Assembly: GCA_023334545.1 (NCBI GenBank)
Contig: JAADVB010000116.1
Coordinates: 1 to 54,272 of the forward strand
Direction of reading: 5' to 3'
Length of the DNA stretch: 54,272 bases
Source of the DNA: Salisapilia sapeloensis CBS 127946
Lineage: Eukaryota > Protista > Oomycota
This document shows positions 38,715 to 49,115 of the stretch, one piece after another. The translations under genes and the position numbers were made by a program. The notes beneath the pieces were generated by a model that made no database searches, had not been told where the DNA came from, and saw only the letters and a list, made by a program, of their open reading frames with translations. Position 1 is the stretch's first letter, and each line of letters starts with the position of its first letter.

Positions 38715-40499
38715 ATGAAGCTCTACAAGACAATCGTGGCAGCTGCCATTGCGCTGTCCGCCGTGTCGGCCGAGTCGATGGCCGGCGTTCAGTCGAACCA
38801 CCGCGCTCGCGGTCTGACCGGTATCCAAGCCGATGTCGCGGCGTACGCCACACCAACTAACGGTGACGACTATGGCCCAAAGAAGAACGAGGGCGGTGAC
38901 TATGCACCTGTTGACACCTCCGGACCAACCAGCGGTGGCGACTACAGCGCTGGCAAAGACACCGAATCGACGCCGGCCCCGAGCGACGGTAACGACGGTG
39001 GCGCCTACGGCAGTACGATCCCTGCGCCGACCGGCGGTAACGCTGCCGACGACGACAACAGCGGCGACGCTGATTCTGATGTCACCGTAGACGACGAAGA
39101 CAACGACACGACGCCTGAGCCGACTGGTAATGGTAGCTCAGATGTCACTGAAGGTAGCACCGGCTCGAGCGGTAACAGCGACGGTGATGACTACAGCAGT
39201 ACGACGCCTACCCCGACCGGCGGTGCCGGTTCGAGCGCGACCGAAAGCGGCAATGGCTCCGCCGATGAGACGGACTCTACGCCTGAGCCGACTGGCAATG
39301 GTAGTTCGGATGTCACTGAAGGTAGCACCGGCTCGAGCGGTAACAGCGACGGTGATGACTACAGCAGTACGACACCTGCCCCTAGCAGCGGTGCCGGTTC
39401 GAGCGCGACCGAAAGCGGCAATGGCTCCGCCGATGAGACGGACTCTACGCCTACCCCGACCGGCGGTGCCGGTTCAAACGTCACTGAAGGCGGCGACGAT
39501 GAAGACGAGGACAGCAGTCCGACGCCTGCGACGAGCGACAACACTGGTTCGGATGCCGCTGAAAGTGGCAACGGTAGTGCGGACTACGAGACTCCTCTGA
39601 AGTCCAACGAATCTTCTACTGGCGGTGATAACGATGAAGATACTCCATGCCCGACGATGCCATACGACTACGGTTCGGGTAGTGAAGATGATTCCGAAAC
39701 TCCGTCTGGCGAAACCCCTTCGGCCGAGACCCCAGCCAACGGCGGCGGTGAAGATGCCGGTGGTGACAACGGATCTACGCCTTCTCCTTCCGATGAGAGC
39801 CCTGCGGAGGACGGTGAGGAGGATACTCCTTGCCCGACGATGCCGTACACCTACAGTTCTACCAGTGGTGAGGAGGACACCCCTTGCCCGACGATGCCTT
39901 ACACCTACGGCTCGAACAACGGCGATGACTCTGCAACCCCTCCTTCGGGGGAAACACCCTCTGGTGACTCAGGCGACAATACTCCGGTAAACGACAGTGG
40001 TGAGGAGGACACTCCATGCCCGACCATGCCATACAACTATGGTTCGGGTAGTGAAGGTGACTCTGAAACTCCTTCGGGCGACACTGGTAACGACACCCCG
40101 GCGAGTGGTGAGGACAACTCTACTCCTGTTCCATCGGATAGCACCCCTGCGGAAGGTGACAGTGAAGACACTCCGGCGAGCGGCGGTGAAGACGTGTCTA
40201 CGCCTGCTACGTCCGACGCGCCGTCTAGTGACGAGTCTGAAAACGCTGAATCTACGCCTGCTACGTCCGACGCGCCGTCTGGGGACGAAGTTGGATCTAC
40301 GCCTGCTCCATCCGGCGAAACGCCTGCGGACGAAACCGGTAGTGCTGACGAAAACACACCTGAGGATGGTGGCGACTACGCAGCCACCCCGACCGTGACG
40401 GCTGCCCCCACTTCTGCTCCTGAAACGGTCGAGGACTTCAACGACGTCGGTGACTATACGAATGGTGGAGTGAGCGACTATCGCTACCTTCGCTTCTAA
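38715..40499 (+). CDS. Secreted acidic Ser/Thr/Gly/Asp/Glu/Pro-rich repeat protein (mucin-like or wall-type), 594 aa
   Basis: Clear signal peptide MKLYKTIVAAAIALSAVSA, a low-complexity acidic body with internal repeats, strongly C-ending codons, and no TM helix. Confidence 0.85.
   Translation: MKLYKTIVAAAIALSAVSAESMAGVQSNHRARGLTGIQADVAAYATPTNGDDYGPKKNEGGDYAPVDTSGPTSGGDYSAGKDTESTPAPSDGNDGGAYGSTIPAPTGGNAADDDNSGDADSDVTVDDEDNDTTPEPTGNGSSDVTEGSTGSSGNSDGDDYSSTTPTPTGGAGSSATESGNGSADETDSTPEPTGNGSSDVTEGSTGSSGNSDGDDYSSTTPAPSSGAGSSATESGNGSADETDSTPTPTGGAGSNVTEGGDDEDEDSSPTPATSDNTGSDAAESGNGSADYETPLKSNESSTGGDNDEDTPCPTMPYDYGSGSEDDSETPSGETPSAETPANGGGEDAGGDNGSTPSPSDESPAEDGEEDTPCPTMPYTYSSTSGEEDTPCPTMPYTYGSNNGDDSATPPSGETPSGDSGDNTPVNDSGEEDTPCPTMPYNYGSGSEGDSETPSGDTGNDTPASGEDNSTPVPSDSTPAEGDSEDTPASGGEDVSTPATSDAPSSDESENAESTPATSDAPSGDEVGSTPAPSGETPADETGSADENTPEDGGDYAATPTVTAAPTSAPETVEDFNDVGDYTNGGVSDYRYLRF
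39111..39446 (+). repeat. Near-identical tandem duplication, 2 x 168 nt (56 aa), inside the acidic repeat gene
   Basis: Units begin ACGCCTGAGCCGACTGG at 39111 and 39279 with only a few substitutions. A partial further unit follows at 39447. Confidence 0.85.
39633..40040 (+). repeat. Four dispersed (D/E)EDTPCPTMPYxY motifs
   Basis: DEDTPCPTMPYDY, EEDTPCPTMPYTY (twice) and EEDTPCPTMPYNY in the translation. These contain the only cysteines of the protein. Confidence 0.85.
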
Positions 40500-41752
40500 G
40501 CCGTAGCGTTTGGCATCTTTCTTGAAGGCTTGGACGATTGAAGTTAGAGCGCTGGGATATACACTGGGCGAACACAAAGACAACGATTTTACAGACGAAT
40601 TTGCTCTTGCATTGCGTGGTAGTGCATCCTGCTTCTGCAGCCTCTGAATTTCTTTTGGGACTTTTTGTCATTGATATACATTCTTTTGATCTGAAAATGT
40701 TCTCGTTCTCACTTGTATTTCTTACCATTTTTATTTGCCTGTTGCTGTGAGACCGGGTTAGAGCTTCGCCAAAAAGACAACGAAAGTGCCATCTTCGCTG
40801 CGTGTCGTTGGGCTTGGTATCGAGTACTCAGTTCAATTTACATCCATTTTATATCGCTATCGATCAAAAACAAATATGCAAATGCATTTCTAAATTAGAC
40901 AGATCACGATGCAGATAGCAATGGTTGCGGCAGGCGACCTTTAAATGAGTTGATACGGGCGACCTACAACGCAGTTACCACTACTTGGGAAGTAAAAGTA
41001 TTTTTGCCTCGTTCGCTTGTCGAAACTACCGACTTGTGCAAGGATGAGAAACCTCGAATGCCGGGAACTGAGACGTGGTCATCGCTGTGTACTCGAGGAC
41101 TTGAACAAACTACTTCTGGATAGTCCAATACCTCATGCACTTGTACAAGAAGACAAGCTTCATCCTCATAGACTTGCATTCGGATCTACACGATACAAAA
41201 TGGCACGAAAGTGTCGGCGAGAGCCACCGACACCAGGTAACCCGCTTATATACATTTTTCTCGCTGCTGTCACCTCTGTCCTTGCATAGGACCTGGAGCA
41301 TATTCTCCGCGGAAGGGTGACGCAATAAGTCGAACTCGGTCATCTGCCTGCCTCATCATCGAAGACAAGACTGCATCTCGAAAGCGTGAGCTGAAGGAAA
41401 TGGATCAAACTACAGCAATAGAAGAATCGCTCTATTCGATTCCAATCAAGGGACATGTAAAGTACTTTGACAGGAGCAACTTGGAACACTGCTCTCCAAG
41501 GCAACAACTACGGATTGCACGAATCAGAAATGCGAGAGACGAGTGGAAACATGGCGGTCTCGGCGAGTATAACCCAAGTTACCATCTCCTTTTCCCATCC
41601 GCCACTAGCGCTTTGGCATACAAAAGTAAAAACAGACCGCATCTACACAATCGGCACGAAAAATTGTGGACTTAAAGCCCCGGATGAAGTGGTAACCCAT
41701 CAATAATCCATTACATTTCGTATCTTTTGACCTAAAAAGACGAACGACCAAG

Positions 41753-42331
<579 letters not shown>

Positions 42332-43452
42332 TTATTGACGGTAGATTCGATGAATGGAGACGTCCAGGTCCGGATGCTCTTGGCCAACGAAACGGGTGTC
42401 GATAATATGAGATTTTGGCTTCTTCGATAGGTGGTCCAATTTTGTAAGGACAAATGAGACCGATGGGATCGGCTTCAACTACGCTTCACTTGCGCTCTCC
42501 ACGATATCAGTCTACCTTCAAAGTTCTTTATACATATACTGCATTTGTGAGTAGATAAAACTTTAGCCAAACTCAGTCAAGTTGCTTTCCTGCTCTATCG
42601 CTAGTAGGGTAGCATCGAATCGAGTAGTTTGCTCAACTCGCGTTTATTAAAGGATAAACCAGAGTAAAATACATGCTCGAGAGCTTTTGATCCGGAGCAT
42701 ACCAATGAAGCTTTTTTCTATGAAATGAGGCATGCTAATCATTCATGTAGATCAATACTAATCTCGCATTCACGGGACTCGATCATTTGCTTTGGTAGAA
42801 CTTCCAAGTGACAGCATATACTTTCTTGAAAAATACTTTACTTGAGTTTAAGTCAAAGTACACATGAAGCTTTATATTCGTATACATGAAATGTAGTTTG
42901 CAGACTGATGTGGTCTTCAGCAGGTTGGTGTCAGAGGCATTTATGACAAGCAGAAATTTGGATGACCAGAATAGAATGATGATGCATGTTATGTGAATAC
43001 TAGCATGCAGAAATGGCACTAGGATGGCGCAAGGGTAGAGAGCTGTGCAATGGTAGCAATCTTAACATTGAAACCCATAATAATACAGGAATATCAAAAA
43101 GAGAAACATATCGGATCAGTGCTGGTAGAAATCTCATTTTGGTATATACCTCACACATACCACCTATTTTGGCAATTTATAGTCAGATAAGCGCGCAGGC
43201 TCGGAGCTACCTAAAGTGAAGATAAAGACTATAGATCTACAGTCCGTGTAGTACAGACTCAGCGAACAGATGAGAAAAAGCGTTCGACACCATCCGTACA
43301 TGTCTCCCAGCATAAGTGTTGCAAGTCGCTGGATTGCCATGGTCAAGAGCAATCTGTGATCATATGTAAATGCCAACTTAGGACCTACTATATTTTAATC
43401 AAGTGACAATGGGGTTGGTGGTCAAACAAAAGCTCTGACCGAGGGTCACAAG

Positions 43453-45297
43453 ATGGCAGGAGAGGACGTGGCCATTCCGAGCGATGAGAATGGCATCGCG
43501 AGATGCCGCTTGTTCATCGGTGGATTGCCGATGGATGTGAGTGGAGATGACCTGCACGACCGCTTTTCCCGTTTGCTACAGAGCCAGTCTGATGACGCTG
43601 CCCATGCCAGTTTGAGCCAAGTGGAAGTCCACACTCGATTCCCATTAAGTTTTGCCTACGTAAACGTTGATGGAAGAGGCAAAGAGGAGGCTTGCAAGGT
43701 CCTGATGAAGACATTCGACCGGAGCAAATGGCGGAAGCAAGTCTTGCGCGTAGAAGTGGCCAAGACCGAGTATCTGGATCGACTGGCGGAGGAGAAGCGA
43801 GTGATCGATGACAAGATGCGGAGGAAGCAGGAGGAGGCTGCGAAGCGTCGAGAGAAGCTGCTGAGCTTACATGCTAGTGGAGAGGGAAGTGTGGACACTG
43901 GCGTGGCTTTCGAGGGCAAGAAGGTAGTGTTCGACGAAGATGCTGGCGAGACGAGCTCTGAAGAGGAAGTCGCAGAGGACGAGGCGTCCGAGTCCAGTGA
44001 GGAGGAGGATGATAGCGTTGTGGAGGAAGGTGATGGTGCAAGTCCAGAGGTAGCTGTGGCGCAGAGTCAGGAAAAGGTTGGCCAAGACGTGTCGTCTGAG
44101 TCGGAGGAAGAAAACACAGCGCAGGCAGTAGAGGCGGATGATGATAAAAGTGTCCAAGAACAGGCGAATATGGTGGAAGCGGAGAGTGCCGAGGCGAAGC
44201 AAGAGATGGATGATGGGCAAGAGAACGAAGAGAGGAAGGAGGAAGAGACCGAGAAGGAAGAGACCGAGAAGGAAGAGAATGAGGAAGAAGAGGACGAGGA
44301 CGAGTATGAACGGCTCAGCAAGGAGAGAGCTAGGAAAGGAAAGCGTGTCTTCCGACCGAGCAAAAAGGCAACGGACGAATTTGGTGCTTCAGAGGAGACG
44401 GTGGAAGGCATGGGTGAGAAGGAGGGTGTTTCGAATGCAGACGTCATCCAGCAGTACGAGTGGAGCAGGAGTGAAGAAGCGGAGGGGTACGTTCAACCGG
44501 AAGAAGAGCAAATGTACCTCGACATGGTGCATGAACTGTTTCCAGAAGTGGAGGTGGAGAAGATGAAAATGCGGATACAGCACAACAACCAGAAGCTCGA
44601 GGACAAGGATACTCGTGATGCGAGTTGGATGGGTCGCATGCGTCGATACGATCCGTTGGACATGCGGTCACGAGAACAGTTCGAGCAGGCTTTCATCGAC
44701 GAACGGAAGAGGCAGCAGGAGGAGGCGAAGAGAGAGGTGGAACAGGAAGCTCGGCGGGAGGAGCGAGAGCGACAGAGTAAAGAAGTGGAGGAGAGGTCGG
44801 GGGGAGATCGTTTCTTCTCGACGTCAACGTCCTTGTCTTCGCTCTTCTCACGAGTCCGGAAGAACTCGGATGACGGAGAGCAGGGAGAAGCAGCGTTGGA
44901 CGGACTGTTTACGTCGTCCAAGTCGGACGCGAGTGGCTTCCAACTGAGCTCTCTCTTCCAGTCGGACGGTGGGGAGCCGATAAAGGAAACAAAAACCGAG
45001 GGAGGGTGGAGTTTTAACATGAGCTTTAATACTAGTGGTGAGGAGGAAAAGACCAAGGAGAAGGACAATGGGACGGATGTGGAGAGTGAGGAGGAGACAG
45101 CAAGTAAGAGGACGGTCGAGGATTTGCTGGAACTAGGCCGACGCTTCTTCAAAGGCGATGAAGAAGAAGAGGAGAGCAAGGAAGCAGATGTGGATGCGTG
45201 GAGTGAGCACAAGAAGAAGCTGACCAAGGACTTTAAGCGCAAACGCAAGGGTGCGGTGCAGCTTAAGAAGCGCCAGAAGACGGTGTCGCGACGATAA
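43453..45297 (+). CDS. NOL8: NOL8-like nucleolar RRM protein with long acidic region, 614 aa
   Basis: N-terminal RRM RLFIGGLP.DVS.DDL..RFS...FAYVNV....KW...LRVEVAK..YLDRLAEE resembles the NOL8 RRM. It is followed by an acidic Glu-rich linker, an RYDP motif and a basic C-terminal coiled coil. Confidence 0.7.
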   Translation: MAGEDVAIPSDENGIARCRLFIGGLPMDVSGDDLHDRFSRLLQSQSDDAAHASLSQVEVHTRFPLSFAYVNVDGRGKEEACKVLMKTFDRSKWRKQVLRVEVAKTEYLDRLAEEKRVIDDKMRRKQEEAAKRREKLLSLHASGEGSVDTGVAFEGKKVVFDEDAGETSSEEEVAEDEASESSEEEDDSVVEEGDGASPEVAVAQSQEKVGQDVSSESEEENTAQAVEADDDKSVQEQANMVEAESAEAKQEMDDGQENEERKEEETEKEETEKEENEEEEDEDEYERLSKERARKGKRVFRPSKKATDEFGASEETVEGMGEKEGVSNADVIQQYEWSRSEEAEGYVQPEEEQMYLDMVHELFPEVEVEKMKMRIQHNNQKLEDKDTRDASWMGRMRRYDPLDMRSREQFEQAFIDERKRQQEEAKREVEQEARREERERQSKEVEERSGGDRFFSTSTSLSSLFSRVRKNSDDGEQGEAALDGLFTSSKSDASGFQLSSLFQSDGGEPIKETKTEGGWSFNMSFNTSGEEEKTKEKDNGTDVESEEETASKRTVEDLLELGRRFFKGDEEEEESKEADVDAWSEHKKKLTKDFKRKRKGAVQLKKRQKTVSRR

Positions 45298-45392
45298 GTC
45301 CAACTCGACTTTGTTTTTTATTTTTTCATTTTGATCTTTCTGTCTGCACCTCACCATTTAACTTACACCGTTCCTGACGTGGCTATCCACTT

Positions 45393-48300
45393 CTATCGTC
45401 CGTACCCTCCGTTGCTCAGGTTCATCGGGCTCTGGAGGCCGCCGTACTTGTCCGGACCAAAGGCCTGCCATCGCTCCTGGTCGTAATCGCTCCGCTTCTT
45501 GTCTTTCGGGACAGGCGTCCACACTTGCCGAGGGTGGACAAGCAGGTCTGGTCGCCACCCGTCTCCTCGGGCGTACAACTGGTACGACACAGGGCAAAAG
45601 TCTCGCAACGAGCCTTTGTGGGCCAGTAGCGTCGCCAACTGCTTCCGACCGGTCTTGAAGACGTGGAGGACGTGTGGAAAGAAGTCGGGCGAGACGCTTC
45701 GCGTCAGGTTGTTCGTCCGTTCGAGCGGATCCAAGACGTTCATGTTCCGCGGGAGGAAGACGCCGCCGCTCGTCGAGTTTGGTTCCCACGTCCCGAACTG
45801 TGCGCGAACCTTGCGCTGGATGGGCGCCAAGTCTTCCTTTGTTAAGAAGCTACCGTACTTGTCGCTGCTCTCAGGGTCTGACTGCGTGTACGAGACGCTT
45901 GCCACCGGCACAGGACCAAAGATGGACATGGCCTGGTCTTGCCATCGAAAGGTGCTGGCTGCATCCAGGAAGAGCAGCAGCGCCTGCAGTGGCGTCTGGA
46001 TCTGCGTCCCGTATCGATTGAACACTGCCATGACGATCGTGTTCAAAGCGTACGTCGACAGTCCGCCTTGACTAGCTCCTAAAACGCTCGTGTTCTGGAG
46101 CGGAGGCTTTCCATCCGTGTCGCCAGAAGCGTCAGGGATACTAGTCGCCAGTATCTTGCTCGTCTCATGGGAACACCAGGCCTTGATTAGAACGATACTG
46201 CGCTTGAGCAAGTGGTCTCGACCGACGCGTCGGTCCATCTCTTCCAACAGGAACAAGGCACCAAAGGCAGCCACGCGGTTCACTGTGATGTCCACGGACA
46301 GGTTGTCCACCGTGCACTTGACGACCTTGACGTCAGCGTTGATGAGCGACACGTTGCGGACGGTAAAGCCAGTGCTTGAGTCCTTGCCACTGCTAGGAGA
46401 TGAGCCGGCCTTTTGGATCTTGCCAGTGCCATTTGCCACCGCCAGCGCGTGGAAGACGTTTAAGAACCACGTCGGTTGGAACTCTGGGGGAACTAGGAGA
46501 CATAGATCTAAGTCTCCGTTCGGTAGATAAGTCTTCATGGGGAAACTGCCCATGGGGAAGACGAGACACGGACCCATCATGCCAACGTTCGTCAGCGTCT
46601 GGTGGATAAAGCCGATGACGAGGTTGCGGACTCGGTCCGACTCGGATGTGGGGGCGAGCCACTCGACCAGTCCCTCCGTCTCCTCTCGCATCTGCTCCAT
46701 GGGGAACTGCTGGACCAGGTGCTCCACTTCTTCCTGGTCTCCTCCTTCGCCTCGCAGCCTCCGGATCTCTTGTTTTAAGTCCTCAATCTCCTCCTTTTGC
46801 TGCTTGATGACTTCATCCTTCTCTTCCATCTGACTCTGCGTCTGTCCAGCGAGCGCTAGTGCCTGTCCATACGCAATGGGTTTGCTCACGAACCCATTCT
46901 CTTCCAGCATGTCCTTGGCCTGCTTCACCTCCTCTTCCAGCGCACTCGACATGGCTTTGCGCTCGATGCGTTCCAACAGAGTGCGCACTTCCTCCTTGTT
47001 TCTAGTCTCAATAGCGCTCGACAGCTTCGACCGAATGGACTCTAGCTGCTTCTGACGTTTCTTCAAGTACTTTTCATCGATGATCACAGGAGAAACGTTC
47101 GCCTGCTCCGACGCTTTCGAAGCGTCTCCATTCGTGTCGTCCTCGGGGTTCGACGTAGACGCCGTCTCCTCCCACGACGTCTCGGACCCGTTCGTCTCGA
47201 CCGGAGCATTCTCCTCTTCCTTCAGAGGCTCTTCATCTTCTGCATTCTCCCACAAGACGCTTTCAAAAGCCTCGTCTCTCGTGACAGTATCCTTCTCCTC
47301 ATCCAACAAGACGTAGTTGCTAGAGTCCGGCCGTCGCTTCTTCTTCTTCCCCTTCTTCTTCTTCTTACTCTTTTTCCGCTGCTCCTTCTCTTCCTCTTCC
47401 TTATTTAAGATCCACTGAATCGCCTCCTCATTCTGCTTCTTCTCCCATTCTCGCTGCTCCTGACGAGCATCATGCGGCTCCAACTGCGCCTCCAAGTTGT
47501 TCGGAAACGCCTTTAAAACACGAGCATAGTCCCCTAGAGCCTCCTCATACCGATGTCGCTTACGCTCGACCCTCGCTCTCCGGACGAGCGCTTCGGCCGC
47601 CATCTCCCCGAGCACCTTGCTGTCCTCGTCCTCCTTGTCTAGGGGATACTGCGCCTGCACGACGCACGTGTAGTCCTTTCGAGCACTGTCTAGATCCCCC
47701 TCTTCCTCATACAACGATGCTCGCAGCAGCAGAGCCTCTATAAAGAAACCGTTGGTCGCCAGCACTTGCGTCAGCTCCTGGATCGCAGCTTCCCTCTGCT
47801 GGAGACTACGGAAGAGCTTGGCGCGAGACAAAGCCACCTCCACCTCCCTCGGATCCGCCTTTCGACAGGCGTCAAAGTCCTGCAGTGCCTGCTCCACCTT
47901 GCCTAGGAAAGCGTACGCCTCTCCTCTCTTCCGCAACGCCACGACATGGCTTTCGTCGAAACGGAGCACCTGCGCATAATCCTCCACGGCAGCATGAACG
48001 AGCTCCCTCGCCTCTGGACTCTCGAGTATCCTGCTCTGTTCCCGACGCTGGCCACTCTCGAGCCCTTGATAGTCGCAGAACCCCGCCTCCTTCTCTCGTG
48101 CAACCTCCAGCACCAGATCCGCATGGAGTAAATGTGTTTCGATCAACCTAGACTCTAATGCGTGGTCACTACCGTCTACATACGCCATCATCCGCTCTTC
48201 CTTGAGCAGCTCCAGTACCTTTTCTAGTTCCATCGCAGCCAACTCGCCCTGCTGGGTGCGGCTATAGATCTGCGCTCGTTCCTGCCGCACCTCGACGTCT

Positions 48301-48974
48301 TCCTCTCCATTTGGAACGTTTTTCAGAGTGTCGAGAGCGTTGCCAAGGTAGTTGAGTCGGTACTCGAGCTTGGCTTTTTCCACCAAGAGATTTCGCAATT
48401 GCACGCCTTCCACACCTTCTTCCTGGATCAACTCCACTGCACTAGCATAGTCCGCCACTGCTTTCTCCAAGTCGTTGTTCTGAGCATATGCCTGGGCGCG
48501 AAAGGCGAGGACGTCGGCACTGCGAGGAATATGCCGGAGGACACAACTAAAGTCGTCAATCGCTTCTGGCGCGCGTTTCGTCTGCAGCATGCAATAGCCT
48601 CGTTTGGAAAAGGTGGACACGAGCGCACTGGCGGCGTTCCCGCTCTTGCTCGAGCTCTGCGCCTGCTTGATGAGCGCCGTCAGGAGCGGAATGGCCTGTG
48701 CGTACTTTTTATTCTGCACGAGGTCATCGGCCTGCGTCGCGTAGTCGCTCGCGGGGTCGATGTCGGATGCCGAAGCGCGCGATTGCAGGTCTCGGTACTT
48801 GGAAATACCCGTCTGGAGGAGCTGCTGGTCGCTCGTTCGGCCTGTGAAGGAGCCGTTGGAGAGCGGGAAGGAGATGCGGTCGTCCACATGCGAGAAAGAG
48901 GACTTCCCGTTGCTCCGTTGGATGGCGTGCGGGCGCCGGCGAAGGCCCATTGCGTCCCCGGAGTCCTCGCTCAT
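45393..48974 (-). CDS. TPR-repeat protein fused to a pol-beta-superfamily nucleotidyltransferase (TRF4/PAP-OAS1-type), about 1193 aa
   Basis: Multiple TPRs (about 47450-48735; e.g. FSKRGYCMLQ..AIDDFS.VL, LRKRGEAYAFLG..ALQDF). Then a KKSKKKKKGKKKKRR tract and a coiled coil. The NTase has MGSFPMKTYLPNGDLDL, SVDITVN, LLKRSIVLIKAW, GGLSTYAL and NVLDPL..NNL.RSVS. The first ATG is at 48974 (ORF-track start 48989 is TTG). Confidence 0.85.
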   Translation of the reverse strand: MSEDSGDAMGLRRRPHAIQRSNGKSSFSHVDDRISFPLSNGSFTGRTSDQQLLQTGISKYRDLQSRASASDIDPASDYATQADDLVQNKKYAQAIPLLTALIKQAQSSSKSGNAASALVSTFSKRGYCMLQTKRAPEAIDDFSCVLRHIPRSADVLAFRAQAYAQNNDLEKAVADYASAVELIQEEGVEGVQLRNLLVEKAKLEYRLNYLGNALDTLKNVPNGEEDVEVRQERAQIYSRTQQGELAAMELEKVLELLKEERMMAYVDGSDHALESRLIETHLLHADLVLEVAREKEAGFCDYQGLESGQRREQSRILESPEARELVHAAVEDYAQVLRFDESHVVALRKRGEAYAFLGKVEQALQDFDACRKADPREVEVALSRAKLFRSLQQREAAIQELTQVLATNGFFIEALLLRASLYEEEGDLDSARKDYTCVVQAQYPLDKEDEDSKVLGEMAAEALVRRARVERKRHRYEEALGDYARVLKAFPNNLEAQLEPHDARQEQREWEKKQNEEAIQWILNKEEEEKEQRKKSKKKKKGKKKKRRPDSSNYVLLDEEKDTVTRDEAFESVLWENAEDEEPLKEEENAPVETNGSETSWEETASTSNPEDDTNGDASKASEQANVSPVIIDEKYLKKRQKQLESIRSKLSSAIETRNKEEVRTLLERIERKAMSSALEEEVKQAKDMLEENGFVSKPIAYGQALALAGQTQSQMEEKDEVIKQQKEEIEDLKQEIRRLRGEGGDQEEVEHLVQQFPMEQMREETEGLVEWLAPTSESDRVRNLVIGFIHQTLTNVGMMGPCLVFPMGSFPMKTYLPNGDLDLCLLVPPEFQPTWFLNVFHALAVANGTGKIQKAGSSPSSGKDSSTGFTVRNVSLINADVKVVKCTVDNLSVDITVNRVAAFGALFLLEEMDRRVGRDHLLKRSIVLIKAWCSHETSKILATSIPDASGDTDGKPPLQNTSVLGASQGGLSTYALNTIVMAVFNRYGTQIQTPLQALLLFLDAASTFRWQDQAMSIFGPVPVASVSYTQSDPESSDKYGSFLTKEDLAPIQRKVRAQFGTWEPNSTSGGVFLPRNMNVLDPLERTNNLTRSVSPDFFPHVLHVFKTGRKQLATLLAHKGSLRDFCPVSYQLYARGDGWRPDLLVHPRQVWTPVPKDKKRSDYDQERWQAFGPDKYGGLQSPMNLSNGGYGR

Positions 48975-49115
48975 GACAGTCGAAAACAATTGATTCTGGT
49001 TGCCAGTCTCCCGTGGCCTTCGGACGACCTCCTCGTCTATGGTTGATCGAAGGTTTCTCCAAGTGACTTAAGTGTGGAAAAAGCGAAACCACTGGTCCAT
49101 CGCCGCACAATCGAG

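Noticed and set aside
40750-41700. Several 60-90-aa ORFs between the acidic repeat gene and NACA
   Set aside because: No consistent frame or motif. It may be a decayed sequence but cannot be identified without a search.
44493-45248. 251-aa Ser-rich ORF antisense to the NOL8-like gene
   Set aside because: It is the complement of GAG/GAA-rich acidic coding sequence.
43450-49000. Apparent higher GC than the giant gene, suggesting foreign origin
   Set aside because: Spot counts of 60-nt lines overlap between the regions, and the genes are ordinary eukaryotic housekeeping types. Codon bias explains the difference.
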